From NCBI GenBank assembly GCA_012295275.1, contig CM022666.1, positions 8,432,001 through 8,496,000 on the forward strand: a DNA stretch of 64,000 nucleotides, written 5' to 3'. Below are positions 25,905 through 40,915 of this stretch, piece by piece. The DNA is from Chrysomallon squamiferum (lineage: Eukaryota > Animalia > Mollusca). The translations under genes were made by a program, and so were the position numbers. The notes beneath the pieces were generated by a model that saw nothing but the letters and a program-made list of their open reading frames with translations, was not told the DNA's origin and did not search any database. Each line of letters begins with the position of its first letter. Positions within the stretch are counted from its first letter, which is position 1.

Positions 25905-27917
25905 TGTATTCATAAAGAGATACAATAATACATTTTTAACTTTTTATTAACACAAATAAAGGTTCCATTAATCAGACTCATATTCGCAGCTGTTGCGCAG
26001 TGGAGGGTTACGCTGAGGGGGGGGTAGCCTATTCATTTCCCCTACTTTTTGACTTTCCAGTTTATGTCCAGTTTCTGTTCTAGTGAGGAGTCAGAGACAT
26101 TATTTAGGAAAGCAATAATAGCAAGTGGAAATGTTTTATTATATATCATCTTCAAATATCTGTAAATTTTATTCTGGGGTACCCCTCTTAAAAATAAACA
26201 TACTGAGATACGTTTGAAAGACTGCATCTTCAGATTAATTATCAGTGTGAGGTTAGTGAGGAAATAAACGATAATGAAAACTTTCAGCACATAGCGTATA
26301 CTCACACGAAATCCTCAACCCCAGCCTGGCGGACCTCTAGTTCCTAAAACCCGTTTCTCTAACTGGTAGTACGTTCCATGGAATATGTGTACAGACTTAA
26401 CAGAATATTTAATTGTTTCGTATTAAAATGTCGTACTTTATTGATGACGATAATCACAATTCTTGTCATTTTTTTCCTGTTATAAAATAAAGTGAAAATG
26501 GATTTTGACTATAGACTCAAGATTCATGCATACATACACAGTTTTTCACAAAACATACACGCAGAGACACACACACAGATCAAAAACATTAAAAATAATT
26601 ATCTCTTCGACTTACGCTTTCTGTCTAATTTAGAATATACATAAATGTAATGACACATACGGAATATTTTGCGTGGAAATATTCTAAATCATAGGAATAT
26701 GCATACATACCTGTATGTGTATAGGTTTGTATATATGTATTAATATTCTGTTATTTTATATATTTCTTGTTAGACAATATTCGGGAACATCCTAGATCTA
26801 CAAAACTACTATCGCTATTTCACGATGTGTGTGTGTGTGTGTGTGTGTCTGTGTGTCTGTGTGTGTGTGTGTGTGTGTGTATGTGGACAGATGGATGCAT
26901 GGATGGGTCGATGGATATAACATGAAAATAGAAAATAAACTTATTTATAGTCTACATCATTTTACTCAACTGAAACAATGCGTCAGACGACATAAAATCG
27001 TTACAAGAGTATCTCATCGTAATTAACACATTGCACAATATCAACCAGTTTGTTCCGATATATTTCTTATGAAATGTTAGCAAAATAAAATGAAGTCGGA
27101 ATAGTAAAAGTTTTAGCTCCAAATCGGACGTAAATGTAATAATAATACGTAATAGTAACATGTACTGCCTTCGAGAAAATTCTGTGACCCAGTGCCGGGT
27201 TTTGTCTTGGTGAGGCTCTAAGCTTTATTTATCTATTTATTTATTTATTTATTTATTTATTTACTTATTTATTTATTATTTATTAGCTTAACACTTTCAC
27301 TTCTTTTTACAAAAATTATTTATTGATTGTTTACTAAAAATGTGCAAAGTAAAAAAAAAGAAACGCTCCAATTAATATCTTACTTATTATAGACATTTTG
27401 ATCATAGTAATCGATTTCAGAATCATTCAGTTTTAATTAAAATAGTTTAAAATGTCAACTTACGTTATAAATGCAACTCCATGACGATAAACCAATTTAT
27501 AACGTTAATTAACGTATTCTGTATATACGTCTGGTGTCCAGAATATTATATATCTCTACTGTAGGTCCGTTCCTGCATATTTTCTTTTCTTTCATAACCA
27601 TGCTGACATATTTGAATGGACTTCAATTCGTTTCTGTTCAGCGCATAACGGCCTTTTCACTACGAAAACACATTATGCTTTTCTTCGTTTTTGTTCTCGT
27701 TCAAATTAACTTGTCAAAAAAAGAAGTAAGCGTTCTTGTTATTGAAAGAAACGAAACGCTTTGAAAGAAACGGATAGCGTGTCAGAACTTGAGTCATGTA
27801 TATAAGAATAAATAAACAGGCGGAGAAATTGGGTATATGTATATGTTTATGAGTGTGTGATGCGTGTGCTGTATGTGTATGTATATAAGTGTGTGTGTAT
27901 GTGTGTGTGTGTGTGTT

Positions 27918-27998
<81 letters not shown>

Positions 27999-28479
27999 TA
28001 AGTACACGCATATGCGCACATGCGAGAGAATTTCCTATTTAACTTTGTCGAAGATGACATATATACATATACACTTTTAACGAAACAGTTAAGTTTCCAT
28101 TATACGTTAAAGCTTGATATAGAAATTGTGCGTGCATATGTATACATATTAATTTCACTTCATTTGCAACGATAAATCTGCATCCAAAAAAGCTGGGTAT
28201 AATGTTGAAACAAGCTATGAATGTTCTTAGTGAATAACTTTAATAATTCCATACACTTGTACATATATTAAATTTAATACATTTATATTAAAAATATTTT
28301 TTATCAGTGCCAAAATTTCGTCTATGTTCTACGTATGTGTACTCAAACACATATACATTATTATATTATAGGTGTTATTTTCATCAATCTTAAAGCCTAA
28401 AGTCTCGTTAACGGAAGGCGTTTACGTTCAATGACAAAGATTTCGTTTTAACGAGACAAACCGGATATACACAAACAAG

Positions 28480-31400
28480 ATGGTGGCAGCCGAGTTGCAT
28501 TTGGCTGTGAAGGCTAACAGTAACACAACTACAACACCCAACAGTTCCTGTCTGATGTTTCCCAGTAATCCCGAACTGTGTGTAAGAATTTTATTTGTTC
28601 ATAGAAAATTATTTTTGATATTGTAAATTTAATTCGATTTGAAGTCGAAGATATATTAAATGTTATTTCATGATTTCACATTTTTGTAAATTATTGTGTA
28701 ATAATGATGATATAGGTATGTGGACAAAAAATTCAAACACCCCCAACTTCAACATAAATAACATTGCTGTAAAGGACTCTAAAAACCCTGTAAAAGACAA
28801 CAAACATCATGTGATTCTGTTGAGTGTTAAGTAGGTATGTGGACAAAAAATTCAGTCACTACCAACTTCAACATAAATAACATTGCTGAAAAGAACTCTA
28901 AAAACCCTGTAAAAGACAACAAACATCATGTGATTCTGTTGAGTATTAAGGAAGTTACTGCATGTTAACGTTTTCAATTAACACTGATTAATTGTTCTAT
29001 TATTTACTGCATTTGCATTACAACGGCGTGACCAAAATCCTATTGTTTTTCACTAAAATGCATGTAACTTTCTTAATAATCAAATTTTATTAGTGAAATT
29101 TGGACTGAAGATAGATGGTAACTAGTTCTCTCAATTCAAGCTATTAAAAATGCAATATAAATAATTAGTAATACAGCAGATTTTAATTCTGACGTTTTAA
29201 GAGATTCTGTTTCTGTTTGGCAAATTGCAAACTTTCATGATATCTCTCACAGTTATGGCACTTTCTTATCTGCCTGGTTTTCAGTGGGGACACAGCAACA
29301 GGCTTGGTACTGGGAAGAACAATGGCATTTTCTTCATCAGCCTGAGGGACTTCCACTGGCTGGATAATACATGACATAACTGTGGAAATAGTACTGGTCA
29401 GGTTCAGCTGATCAAAACTTTCGTGACAAATGGAATCCAACATATTGAATTCCACAGTGTCACTGAGTTTCTTGAACTTGTTCAGAGTGTTGTCAACAAG
29501 TTTCTGAATTTGTGATGTAATATAATTCAATACTGTATTTCTCTGATGACCAGTAATATTATTGGGGATATATGAATGAAGTTCTCTAACGGTCTTCGCA
29601 CAGCTTTTTTCGCAGCGAAAGACAAAAATAAACAATATGTGACCATTTAAGAAATTCGCCAAAGAAACTGGAATTCCATTGGAAAAGTTCTCTTCTGAGT
29701 GTTGGTTGGCTATACCAGTCCATGGATTGGGGGATTTTCTTTTCTGCTTCAAGTTAGGCATCCTGAAAAGAAGGCCAACATAATAATAATGATTACTAAA
29801 TTTCAAAATTAGTTCATACCAATTGTCTGAAGACACTCGCAAAATCCACAATCATCCACTATTTACAATCCATCGGGTAATAAAAGTATGACATAGAGTA
29901 CAGACGTATATTTATACAGCATCACAATGTGTTGTTCTATCATGTATCAAACATAGCTGAAATCAAGGGAAGAAATCACTTCAGTTTCACTAGAATTTTC
30001 ATCTGCCATGTTTGATTTTGAAGCCATTTCGATTTTACAGCTCGTCTTCCCAGGGTTAATAAATTATCTCAGGTATGTCAGATTTCAATATAAATTCACA
30101 TATAATAAAATAAAATATTGTTCTTAACCTCCACCTACCTTAGATTATCTTCCGATATCAAAAACGACTGATTTTTAACATGTTGAATACGATAACAAAT
30201 TTCGAACTGTGCTCTGAAACGAACCAATTGACCGATCTGAAAAATTCGAAAACGAGTGAGGATACGGGAATTTCCCGCTAATTATACCAGCAGGGATAAC
30301 CGAAACTCCCAGCCCCTGACCAAAGAGAAACGATTTACGCAGAGACACCACTTGCCATCGGGGAGATTCAGTTCACACGGATATAGCACAAAATGGTGAA
30401 CGCAGTTCTGACAGTAATACACATACCTATATTAAGGAAGTTACAGCATTTTAACGTTTTCAGTTAACACTAATTAATTGTTCTATTATTTACTGCATTT
30501 GCATTACAATGGCGTGACCAAAATCCTATTGTTTTTCACTAAAATGCATGTAACTTTCTTAATAATCAAATTTTATTAGTGAAATTTGGACTGAAGATAG
30601 ATGGTAACTAGTTCTCTCAATTCAAGCTATTAAAAGTGCAATATAAATAATTAGTAAGACAGCAGATTTTAATTAGCCTAATTTGGCAACTTCAATTAGC
30701 TGAAAAAGTTATAACTAGAAGTATCGTAGATAATGTCACAGTCCTTAATGAGACATTTTATACAGAAACAAAGTTGTCCATGACAGTCTACTTACCTCAT
30801 TCCAAAAAATGTACTGGGTTGATAAATAAGTCATTGCAGTTCATAACTGATTCATATTTATTGCAAAGGCATCAAAAATTTGACTGTTGGGAAGAAGTGG
30901 TAAATAACAACGGAGAATACATTATGTAATGATTATATTTAGTTTAACTGCAATGTTAATATTCCTCAACCCAATATTTGCATAGTCAAATCATCGGAAA
31001 TACAGTCTACAGCCAATTGGAAAACAGACATATCAAAGTCAGTTGCATCATCATATGTTTCTGTCTGTGACCAGTATACCACAACACACTTACTTTCCTT
31101 AGCCTTCATCTTTCAATTCTGCCATTGTAAAGAATCTGGTGCCCATCTTCAAACCATACATGACAAATGTTACAATCAACAGATTTGCCTTCCAACAATT
31201 CCTGGAGTTGCTCCTGCTTACCATCAGAAAGCTCAGGAAATTCCTCACCAATCTTTGCAACCTTAACAGTTTTCAGTTTCTTCTCTAGCTTTTTCCTCAC
31301 AGATGCCTCTCTTGCTTGATGTTTTGTCAACTTGTCTTCTTGATAATTCTGCTCTCAACTCATTCTGCTTCCATCTTCTCTTCTGCCTTTGTTTCTGACC

Positions 31401-34400
31401 TACCTGTACAGCCTTCATGAGAATCATATCTCTCCTCTCCTTTTCTAAACCATCTAGATAGTCCACAGTTTTATTTTTTTGTGCCCTCAACTTACTTGAA
31501 AGATAGCAAACAGTTGCATTAGCTGCCTTCTGTTTTGCAGCATTGAACATGCCCACTATCTCTTCAGCGTCCATATTGTGAGATCTAGCACTTTTAGTTT
31601 CCAGTCTCAGCCTCTCCATGATCTTCCAGTCATCTGAACATTTTTTCTTATATTGCCGCTCAAGGACAGTGACAGTGGCTTGAAGATGTGCTTTCATCAT
31701 GTCACTGAAGATGGTCTTATCCTTGGGTGGCTCCTGTAATTTGAGAAGTTTTATCTTCAACTTGATGAAGCTGGTTACCAAAAAAATCGGTTTCACATGC
31801 CAGGAGATCCATTGGTGCCTCCATCTGGTCCTTCAGTTTCTGGACGATCTGTTTAATGACTTGGATCCCCTCTACATGGTCGATCTGGTCCACTGCAGCA
31901 GTGTAAAAAATGTTCATCCAAGGCCACGTTAACATCTTGCCTAACAGGCCTAACACCTGCATCTCAACCTTACCTGTTACTGACACAAAGTCAGCCAAGA
32001 CACCAGCACGCAATCCACCATACACTGTACCTTGTTCAAGATATTTCTTGATGCTGAATATATATGCCACATATATGAAACAGAACAAGCAGACGATTAC
32101 CCCCGATCCCCCGAGGCAGGTTGTGGTCATCAAGACAAGTCTTGAACCCCCGGGGATCGCCCTTATTGTCCTTAAAGCAGAGTTTGTTCATCTGTACAAT
32201 GATGTTGGATGCACAGCAATCATTTCCCCAAATCTGTCCCTTTGCACCCCCTTCACATTCCTTGAGTGCTGTTCTAGCTTTTGTGGCTATGGAGTCCAGT
32301 GGGTTCAAATGACAGTTCAACTCGTTCAAAGTCTTGGCCCAAGAAACATTCACTAGCTGTATTGCAGCATGGTTTGCTGCACACCGGTCAGTAAGACTGT
32401 TGGTTATGTTTGAAATTAACCCCTGGCGTATGGTTTGATAGTCTTTATCAAAGAAATGACAGTACACCAGGGCCAAGTTATCAACTGAATCACAGATGTG
32501 CTCGTGATAGTCATTGGCTGTACCTCCAGGTACAACATAGCAATCAGCATGGGTGGTGATGTATATGCTGTTTAAATGAACGCCATCGAAGCCAATAGTT
32601 GAGTCCTTGTTGTTTAAAATAGCTTATGCAATTTGAAGATCGCTTATTGCCCCAAGTTCTCTTACCATTGCTTCTATTGTAGTCCTGTGTGGAACAACAG
32701 TTAGGGTTGTTCCAGAGTGAAGGGCAAACTTCCTAATCAGAGATGGTATGTTGTTCATTGGGACTTGAGCAACAATAGCATCGAAAACTTTCAATCTCAT
32801 TTCAGGAGAATAAGTCCTCCCATCGGACTTGGTTTGTTCAGCAAAACTCTCCAGCTCTTTTACCCTATCTTCTAGCATTAGTTTGTTGTCTTGGAGCTGG
32901 AGGATTTCCTCCTCCTGTTCTGCCAGTTTCCTTTCCAATACTTCCACTCTTTCATCATCAGTCTGGGATAGAAGCATTGCAGTTTTCTTCATTTTATGGT
33001 ATTTCTTAATTTGCTGATGTTTCTTTTCTAAAGTTGATACGTTTTTTGTAGCTTTTCCCAGACCTTCAGCAAGAGCAGAAGAATCCAGCTGCAATTTTAC
33101 TTTGGATAATTGCCCTTCTTTTCTCTTGATTTTTTGATTTAGTCTCTTTACTGATTCAGACCTTCTCTGATGGCGCTTGGCCATCATATTCCTTATCTTA
33201 ATCCAGTTCTGATGTTTTAAGAGATCCTGCTTCTGTTTGGCAAATTGCAAACTTTCATGATATCTCTCACAGTTATGGCACTTTCTTATCTGCCTGGTTT
33301 TTAGCGGGGACACAGCAACAGGCTTGGTACTGGGAAGAACAATGGCATTTTCTTCATCAGCCTAAGGGACTTCCACTGGCTGGATAATACATGACATAAC
33401 TGTGGAAATAGTACTGGTCAGGTTCAGCTGATCAAAACTTTCATGACAAATGGAATCCGACATATTGAATTCCACAGTGTCACTGAGTTTCTTGAACTTG
33501 TTCAGAGTGTTGTCAACAAGTTTCTGAATTTGTGATGTAAGATAATTCAAAACTGTAATTCTCTGATGACCAGTAATATTATTAGGGATATATGAATGAA
33601 GTTCTCTAACGGTCATCACACGGCTTTTTTTGCAGCGAAAGACAAAAATAAACAATATGTGACCATTTAAGAAATTCACCAAAGAAACTGAAATTCCATT
33701 GGAAAAGTTCTCTTCCAAGTGTTGGTTGGCTATACCAGTCCTTGGATTGGGGGATTTTCTTTTCCGCTTCAAGTTAGGCATCCTGAAAAAAAGGCCAACA
33801 TAATAATAATGATTATTAAATTTCAAAATTAGTTCATACCGATTGGTTGAAGACACTCGCAAAATACACAATCATCCACTATTTACAATCCATCGGGTAA
33901 TAAAAGTGTGACATAGAGTACAGACGTATATTTATACAGCATCACAATGTGTTGTTCTATCATGTATCAAACATAGCTGAAATCAAGGGTAGAAATAACT
34001 TCAGTTTCACTCGAATTTTCATCCACCATGTTTGATTTTGAAGCCATTTCGATTTTATAGCTCGTCTTCCCGGGGTTAATAAATTATCTCAGCTATGTCA
34101 GATTTCAATATAAATTCACATATAATAAAATAAATTATTGTTCTTAGCCTCCACCTACCTTAGACTATCCTCCGATATCGAAAACGACTGATTTTTAACG
34201 TGTTGAATACGATAACAAATTTTGAACTCTCCTCCAGAACGAGCCAATTGACCGAACTGAAAAATTCGAAAATGAGTGTGGATACAGGAATTTCCCGCTA
34301 ATTATACCATCAGGGATAACCGAAACTCCCAGCCCCTGTCCAAAGAGAAGTGATTTACGCAGAGACACCACTCGCCATCGGGGAGATCCCAGTCACACGG

Positions 34401-37400
34401 ATATAACACAAAATGGTGGACGCAGTTCCGGCAGTAATACACATACCTAGATGATATTCTAAAAATGAAAACGATTGATTGCAGTTTTATTTTACAAAAT
34501 TACCACATATGTGAAATAATAATACTGTATTAATACTACTTTATTATTTCATAATTTCAGTCATTAATACAATTTATTAAAATATTTTACACATCACATT
34601 AACTTAAAATATTAAAACTCACAAAGTACTTGTGCACTTTTTTTAAACTGTAGTTCTAAAAAAACATCATCTTTTTAATAACCTAACACACTAAATTTTA
34701 CTTTCAGTGTATTTTATTAGCCTGTACATGGTAATGTCACTTTGAATTAGGCACATGTTTCTGTGATTCTTGTGCAGGTGACCTTATCACAGCTATTATT
34801 TATTTACTCTCGTTTATTACTATGTCTAAAAGTCTGGCAGAAAAAGAGCTTGCAAGTGAATTATACTGCACTCTTTACAGTTATAATAAGAATGTTAAGG
34901 GAATAAATAGATCACCGTTCCATATATGTGTATGAATATATGGATATGTGTGTATATGTTATTTGTGTATATATATATGTGTGTGTGTGTGTGTGTATGT
35001 GTGTGTGTATATATATATATACACACATACATACATACATACACAGTGGTACCTCATCTTACAAGTTTTCCAAGTTACAAGCAGTCACCCATATGATTTT
35101 TTACTTTGAGTTGCAAGGCAAAATCCATATTATGAGAAAATTTCAGATATGCTGTCACTAATTAGCACAACAAACAACACAACATCTGCCCAGCATTCCA
35201 CATCTCGTTTATATCATGTGGTTACCTTGCCATTGAAGCATCTCTGTTGTTTTGTGCTCATGTTTTGTGCAGTATTTGGCCAAATTTCTTTTTTCTGAGA
35301 AAGTGAGTGCAAAGGACAGTGCTGAGATGAAGAAGCGGATGATGTCCATTGAATTAACCTGAAATCATAGAAAAACATGAGTGAGGTGTGCGTTTAGTTC
35401 ACTTGGCTGGGCAGTATAAGCATAGTACTTCTACAATATGTACCATACTGAAGGAATTGATAAAGGCTGTAACTCCAGCCACAGGTGATAAAATGATTTG
35501 TCTGATCTCCAAAATAAATACACTTTACAAAACTAATTTATTTCTTTACATTCTCTTTTATTTTGTTTTATACAGTATTTGTAATTTATAAATACATTTT
35601 TCTTATTTAAAAACATGTTACCAAAAATTGGGTGGTTTTTTGGTGGGGGGGCCTGGAATGGATTAATGGTATTTCAATTAATTTCAGTTGTGAAAATTGA
35701 TCTTCCAGCATTAATTCTGTATTACAAGGTTACTGAATGAGTAGTTAAGGGCTAATTAAAAATTAACCAATTAGTAATTGAGTTCTAATTCCTTTATTAA
35801 TTAAGTTCACATGGCTGTGTTTCTCAATTGTGTACGTGTTGTATCGCGGTGAAGTGATTAGAATATTGTGTAAACTAGACACCCAGTGATTAACTGATTA
35901 AGTGAGTAGGTCTGGGTTGTTGTTAGTTATTTAACTGCGTCAAATATATTTGTCTGCTTAGGGTTAATACAGATTCTGAAGTGTACTGTACCTGAGGCAG
36001 AGAGATCTAATAGATATCCAGTTAGGAGAGATATTTTGGATAATTGTCTTTTATTCAGTTATGGGTATTATGCAATCCCCATGACAGTTACAAAACAATA
36101 TATATATGTATATGTATATTATTTTCTAAAGAATAATTCACAGAACAACCAGACAAAAACTCAATGGCACAAACACACACACACACACACTCAGACAAAC
36201 ACATACACACATACACACACACAAACACACACACATACACACACAAACACATACACACACAAAACACACATACACACACAAACACACATACACACACAGA
36301 TACACACACACACACAGACACACAAACACACACTCCTTTTCTCAGTACTGCACCACTTCAGTTTTTAAAGAAATAATCTTTACATTTTAATTTTTGTCCA
36401 GTAATTCGTAGATTTGTCCCATCCATGTAGTTATAAACACTGAGCTTTACAAAGTGAGTTATTAAAATTGTGAGTTATCAACTGTTACTTCTGCATGAAG
36501 TTATACATTTGTTATAATTCCTCCTCAATCATATTTGGCTGTCACTTTTTGTCTTCGTTCATTATGGTTATGAAAGATGAAAGTTGACAGAATGTTGAAA
36601 TCTGTACACCACAAACTCGCAGTTCAATTTGATTGTGGTGAAAAACTTTATAAGTTTGATCACTCTTGCTAACAAGCATTCTTTTATGACTGAAACTTGT
36701 TCCAAATCATCTCCAGTTTATTATTAATTTCTGATGATATTAATATTAATACTAATGGATTGTGTCATATAAGAGCAAAAATTTTAACCGCTTTAGAAAG
36801 TAGAGCAGAGCCTGAACTGATAAAAATGTTTTACTGTGCAGTCGACCTCAAACTATCAGTTACTTGCAAAATGATAGATAAAATGATAAATGATAAAAAG
36901 GTTATACATGTTGGTATCAGACATAGTAACAGGTTTCAGTGTGTAAGATGATCCTCGGTGTTTTCACTATATTTTTATGAGCTTTATATTGTATATATTA
37001 GTAGCTGCAGTTACGAATATATCAAGTTTTTATCTCTTTTTTTTGTTCAACAGTTTCAGTGACAGGACAAATTCAGTGAAATGAATAGCAGAATCATTTA
37101 GACTTTGTAGAGCAGAACATCCCCATATCAGTCTTTGTTACCAGAAAGCTGTGTTAGTTATTTCTAAAAATAAATGATGACCTTTAAAAAGAAAAAAAGT
37201 TTCAACCTCTAGTGACAATTACAAATATATATACATATATAGATATAAGTGTGTGTGTTTGTATGTATATATATATATATATAATTTAAAAAAAAAAAAA
37301 AAAAAATAATATTATTATCAACAGGTTTTTATTTTTAATTATTTATTTTTTAATGGCAGTTTTACTGTAAACAACAAAATCAAAACAGTGAAGCCAGATA

Positions 37401-39209
37401 TATGCCACAAACACACACATTGATCTATCAGTACATATCAGATGTTCCGTATGGTATTGTTTATGACTGGATGGTTTTAATGTTACTACTAAAGAAACAG
37501 TAAAGGTTTTACTGTCACATATATTTGTGCAGTTACAATAATATGAAGTTACATCTCAATTTACAGCAGATTAATTACACACTATTGTATTTCACTGACT
37601 TTTATCATTTTAAACTTCCCTTCTCAAGAGTTTTTTATTAATCTGAACTTACAATTCCTGGAAAATTGTCTGAGTCATCAAGTGTTAATAATAAATGTGT
37701 GCATCAGCTGGTAATATAATCAGTTGTCACAAGTCTTGTCAGGTTGTCATGTGTGCAAGTTTACATGATTAGATATTTAGGACATAATTTGGGTTTTTTC
37801 CAAGTCAAAAGCTTTAACTTGCATCTCCACACACCTGTCTGTGCTAGCCTATCACTAGCAGCACTGACTAGCTCATGTTCAAACATGAGGAAAACAAAGT
37901 CAGTGAACCTCAGGTTTAATATCTGCTGGTGAAAATCGATTTTGACTAGAGACACAAGGCAAATGCATCCACATAAAGTAGACACATGCAGGCACACTCA
38001 CACGCACGCACGCACGCACACGCACACACACACACACACACACACAGTCAGTTACCTCCCTGAAGATCTTTTTGTCATTTATATGACAGCTGAGCTGGCA
38101 TTCAGGAATTTTAGCAAACATTTAAAACATAATCATACGTGCATGAAAAGATATTTAAAATATCCCTTCAGGTGTTCAACAAAAAGAACATAATCATAAT
38201 GGAGTTTAAATTACATATGACACAGCATGTTCCCTCCAATGAATTCTGTTTAATGTTTATTTGTGAACAGTACTTGGCAATAAATAATATAATTATGGGA
38301 ATGTATTGAATAATATTATTATTTTGTTCAGTATAGTGCAAATGTCATTTTGTTTTTGTGCTGCAAAATATAGCACATTAAACGTTGAGAAAATTACAGC
38401 CATTTGTTGATAACAGGTGACCTATTTTTAACAAACTACCTGGATGATATCATGCTTTAAACAGTTTAGTGTTTGTGCCAAGGTGATTCAAATATTTGAA
38501 TTGATTTGGAGTTACATTACACTATCCACCTATCATGTGAATTTAAACTGAGTGTTTTATCAGCTAATAATCATTATTTTTAGAATATATGAGAGCACAT
38601 AAACATGATGTGGCTTATAAAAACAAATCAATAATACATTTTTTTTTTTTTTAAATGCATTAATAAAAATCAATTTCAAATAACATTTTAAAAAACAACC
38701 TTATTCACTAACATAGTCCCATGTATTTTTTAATTCATTCTTTTATTCGTTTGTTCAATCTTTCATTCATTCTCTGTAACTGTTTTTATAAATATAAGTA
38801 CATTGCATTGCCCAAAACAGTATAACTATAAGAAATAAAATGTTGTCAGGTGTCAGTAACTAAAGCTTTATTTATTAATGAAAATAGCAAAAGAATATAA
38901 AACAGTGCTGTATAGTATTTTACACTGTAAATGTTTTTCTTTGACTATTTTCAGGACACCATCAACATTGTACGAAACATTTCTGCCACTGTGTCACTGA
39001 TAGCCTGGTAATAACAGTAACTACAACAACAACAACAACAACAATTATAGTAATTTAACAATAATAATGATGATATATTAAAACTAATTTTCATAATCAT
39101 AATATTGGTCATTAAAACTATAAATATTAATTGTAATAACAGTGATAATTATAACAGTGTTGAGGATTCTAATAATATTGATAATTATAAAAATACTGCT
39201 ATGATATCG

Positions 39210-39254
<45 letters not shown>

Positions 39255-40884
39255 TATTATTATTGGTATTATTATTTGTTCTTTTTCAGTTTGTTTATGC
39301 TAATTATCATATGGCTGTTCAGAAAGTACATTGTTTTTGCTCAGGTGAGTAATCATTGTTACCTGTTTCTACCTTAATTAGGTACAAGTAATCACACTTG
39401 TGACTATATGAACACTAGTGTGTTGTCATTTAGTAATCTTTCATTGTTCAAAATAGAAAAAACTATTTGTATTCGATTCTGGGATTAAAATTTCAAAATT
39501 CATGAGGAAATCTTCCTGTCAAAGATATCTGAAATGTACAGAGTTCAATTTTTTATTATCTAAAACTGATTTTGAAATTTGTATAATTTATCTGACGAAA
39601 AGCTGTAAAAATATATCTGTCAGTATCTGATAAAATGCTTTTCAAATCTATTTCCTGTGTGAGAGTATGTGAATGTTTTTGTGATTGTGTATGTGCACAT
39701 AGAATGTAAGTGAATATTTCAACCTTGATAAATTGTGTGTGTCTGTGCACACATACCAAAAACATGACCCTCTATTCAGTTAGTTACATACAAATAAATA
39801 AATTCACAGTTTATATCACTGTTGAACATCATTCAGTGAATAATTATCTTTTTTAAAGACATTAAAATGAAGCTAATTTGCCTGCCATTCCCAAAATATC
39901 TTAAATGATATTCAGGGCTTGAAACTTGTCTGAAATGCATGGTGGCCCAATATTTTGTATGGGTTATATTCATCTGAACATTTCTTTGTTTATTTTAAGT
40001 GAAATCCTACAATAATTTAACAGTTTTGTTTGAATGTTTCAGAGACTTATCACATATTTAACAGCTGCTGCTTTTCTGGAAAGTATTGCATATTTAGCAG
40101 TAAGTTGTTATTTTTATTTTTTATTTGTATATATGTGTGTGAGAGAGAGAGAGATGATAAACATATGGAAAAGAAAAAGCTAACGTTCATTTTTCACGCA
40201 CACAGATTATTAATTTAGATAAACAAAAACATACAGTACCATACACATACACATATAAACACATGTATATGTATACATTTTCATAGGTGTGTATGTTTAT
40301 AAAAATTATATATTTTTCAAAAACTCATTACATAATTAAAACTAAATGGTTTTAAATTTAAATTAACAGTAGCAATAAAAGTTATTTTTAAAGTGATGTT
40401 TTCATTTCAGAGTGGGAATGTTGTTGATGGGTCGTGGTGTAATTTCCAGGCTGGATGGCTCACCTTTACTGGTATTTTCCTTGCTTGTTGATAGATTCTG
40501 TTTTAAATTACCTCCCTTCGACAACGTTTTTCTTGTTTTCTTCTGTCTCAGACTGTTATATATGTGACTGCAGTAGAATTTGTTTTAAATAAAACTTAAC
40601 TAATTCTCTATATATATAATGTTACCAGGAAACATATTTTAAATGTTTAAATATCATTTCAAATATCTGTGGAATGGCAGGCAAACTAGTTTCATTTTAA
40701 TGTCTTTAGTAAAGATAATCACTGTCTCAAATCTCATTTTCTGTTTCTCTCTCTTTTGTTTGATCTGTCAACAGATCTGTGTGTTTTATTTGTTTGTTTA
40801 TTTATTTTTGTATTTATTTAATTATTTCTTATTTATTTCTTATTTATTTATTTCTTATTATTTATTTCTTATTTATTTATCTAT

Positions 40885-40915
<31 letters not shown>

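Larger units (their letters stand above)
28713..34449 (-). mobile_element. hATw-like DNA transposon (parent element) in GPCR intron 1
   Basis: TIR TAGGTATGTG (28713) / CACATACCTA (34440-34449). 7-bp TSD GATGATA at 28706-28712 and 34450-34456. TAG termini with a 7-bp TSD match the hATw group as I recall it. Confidence 0.85.

Noticed and set aside
29183-29851. 222-aa ORF as an independent host gene
   Set aside because: Duplicate of the transposase N-terminus within the nested deletion derivative, cut at the deletion junction.
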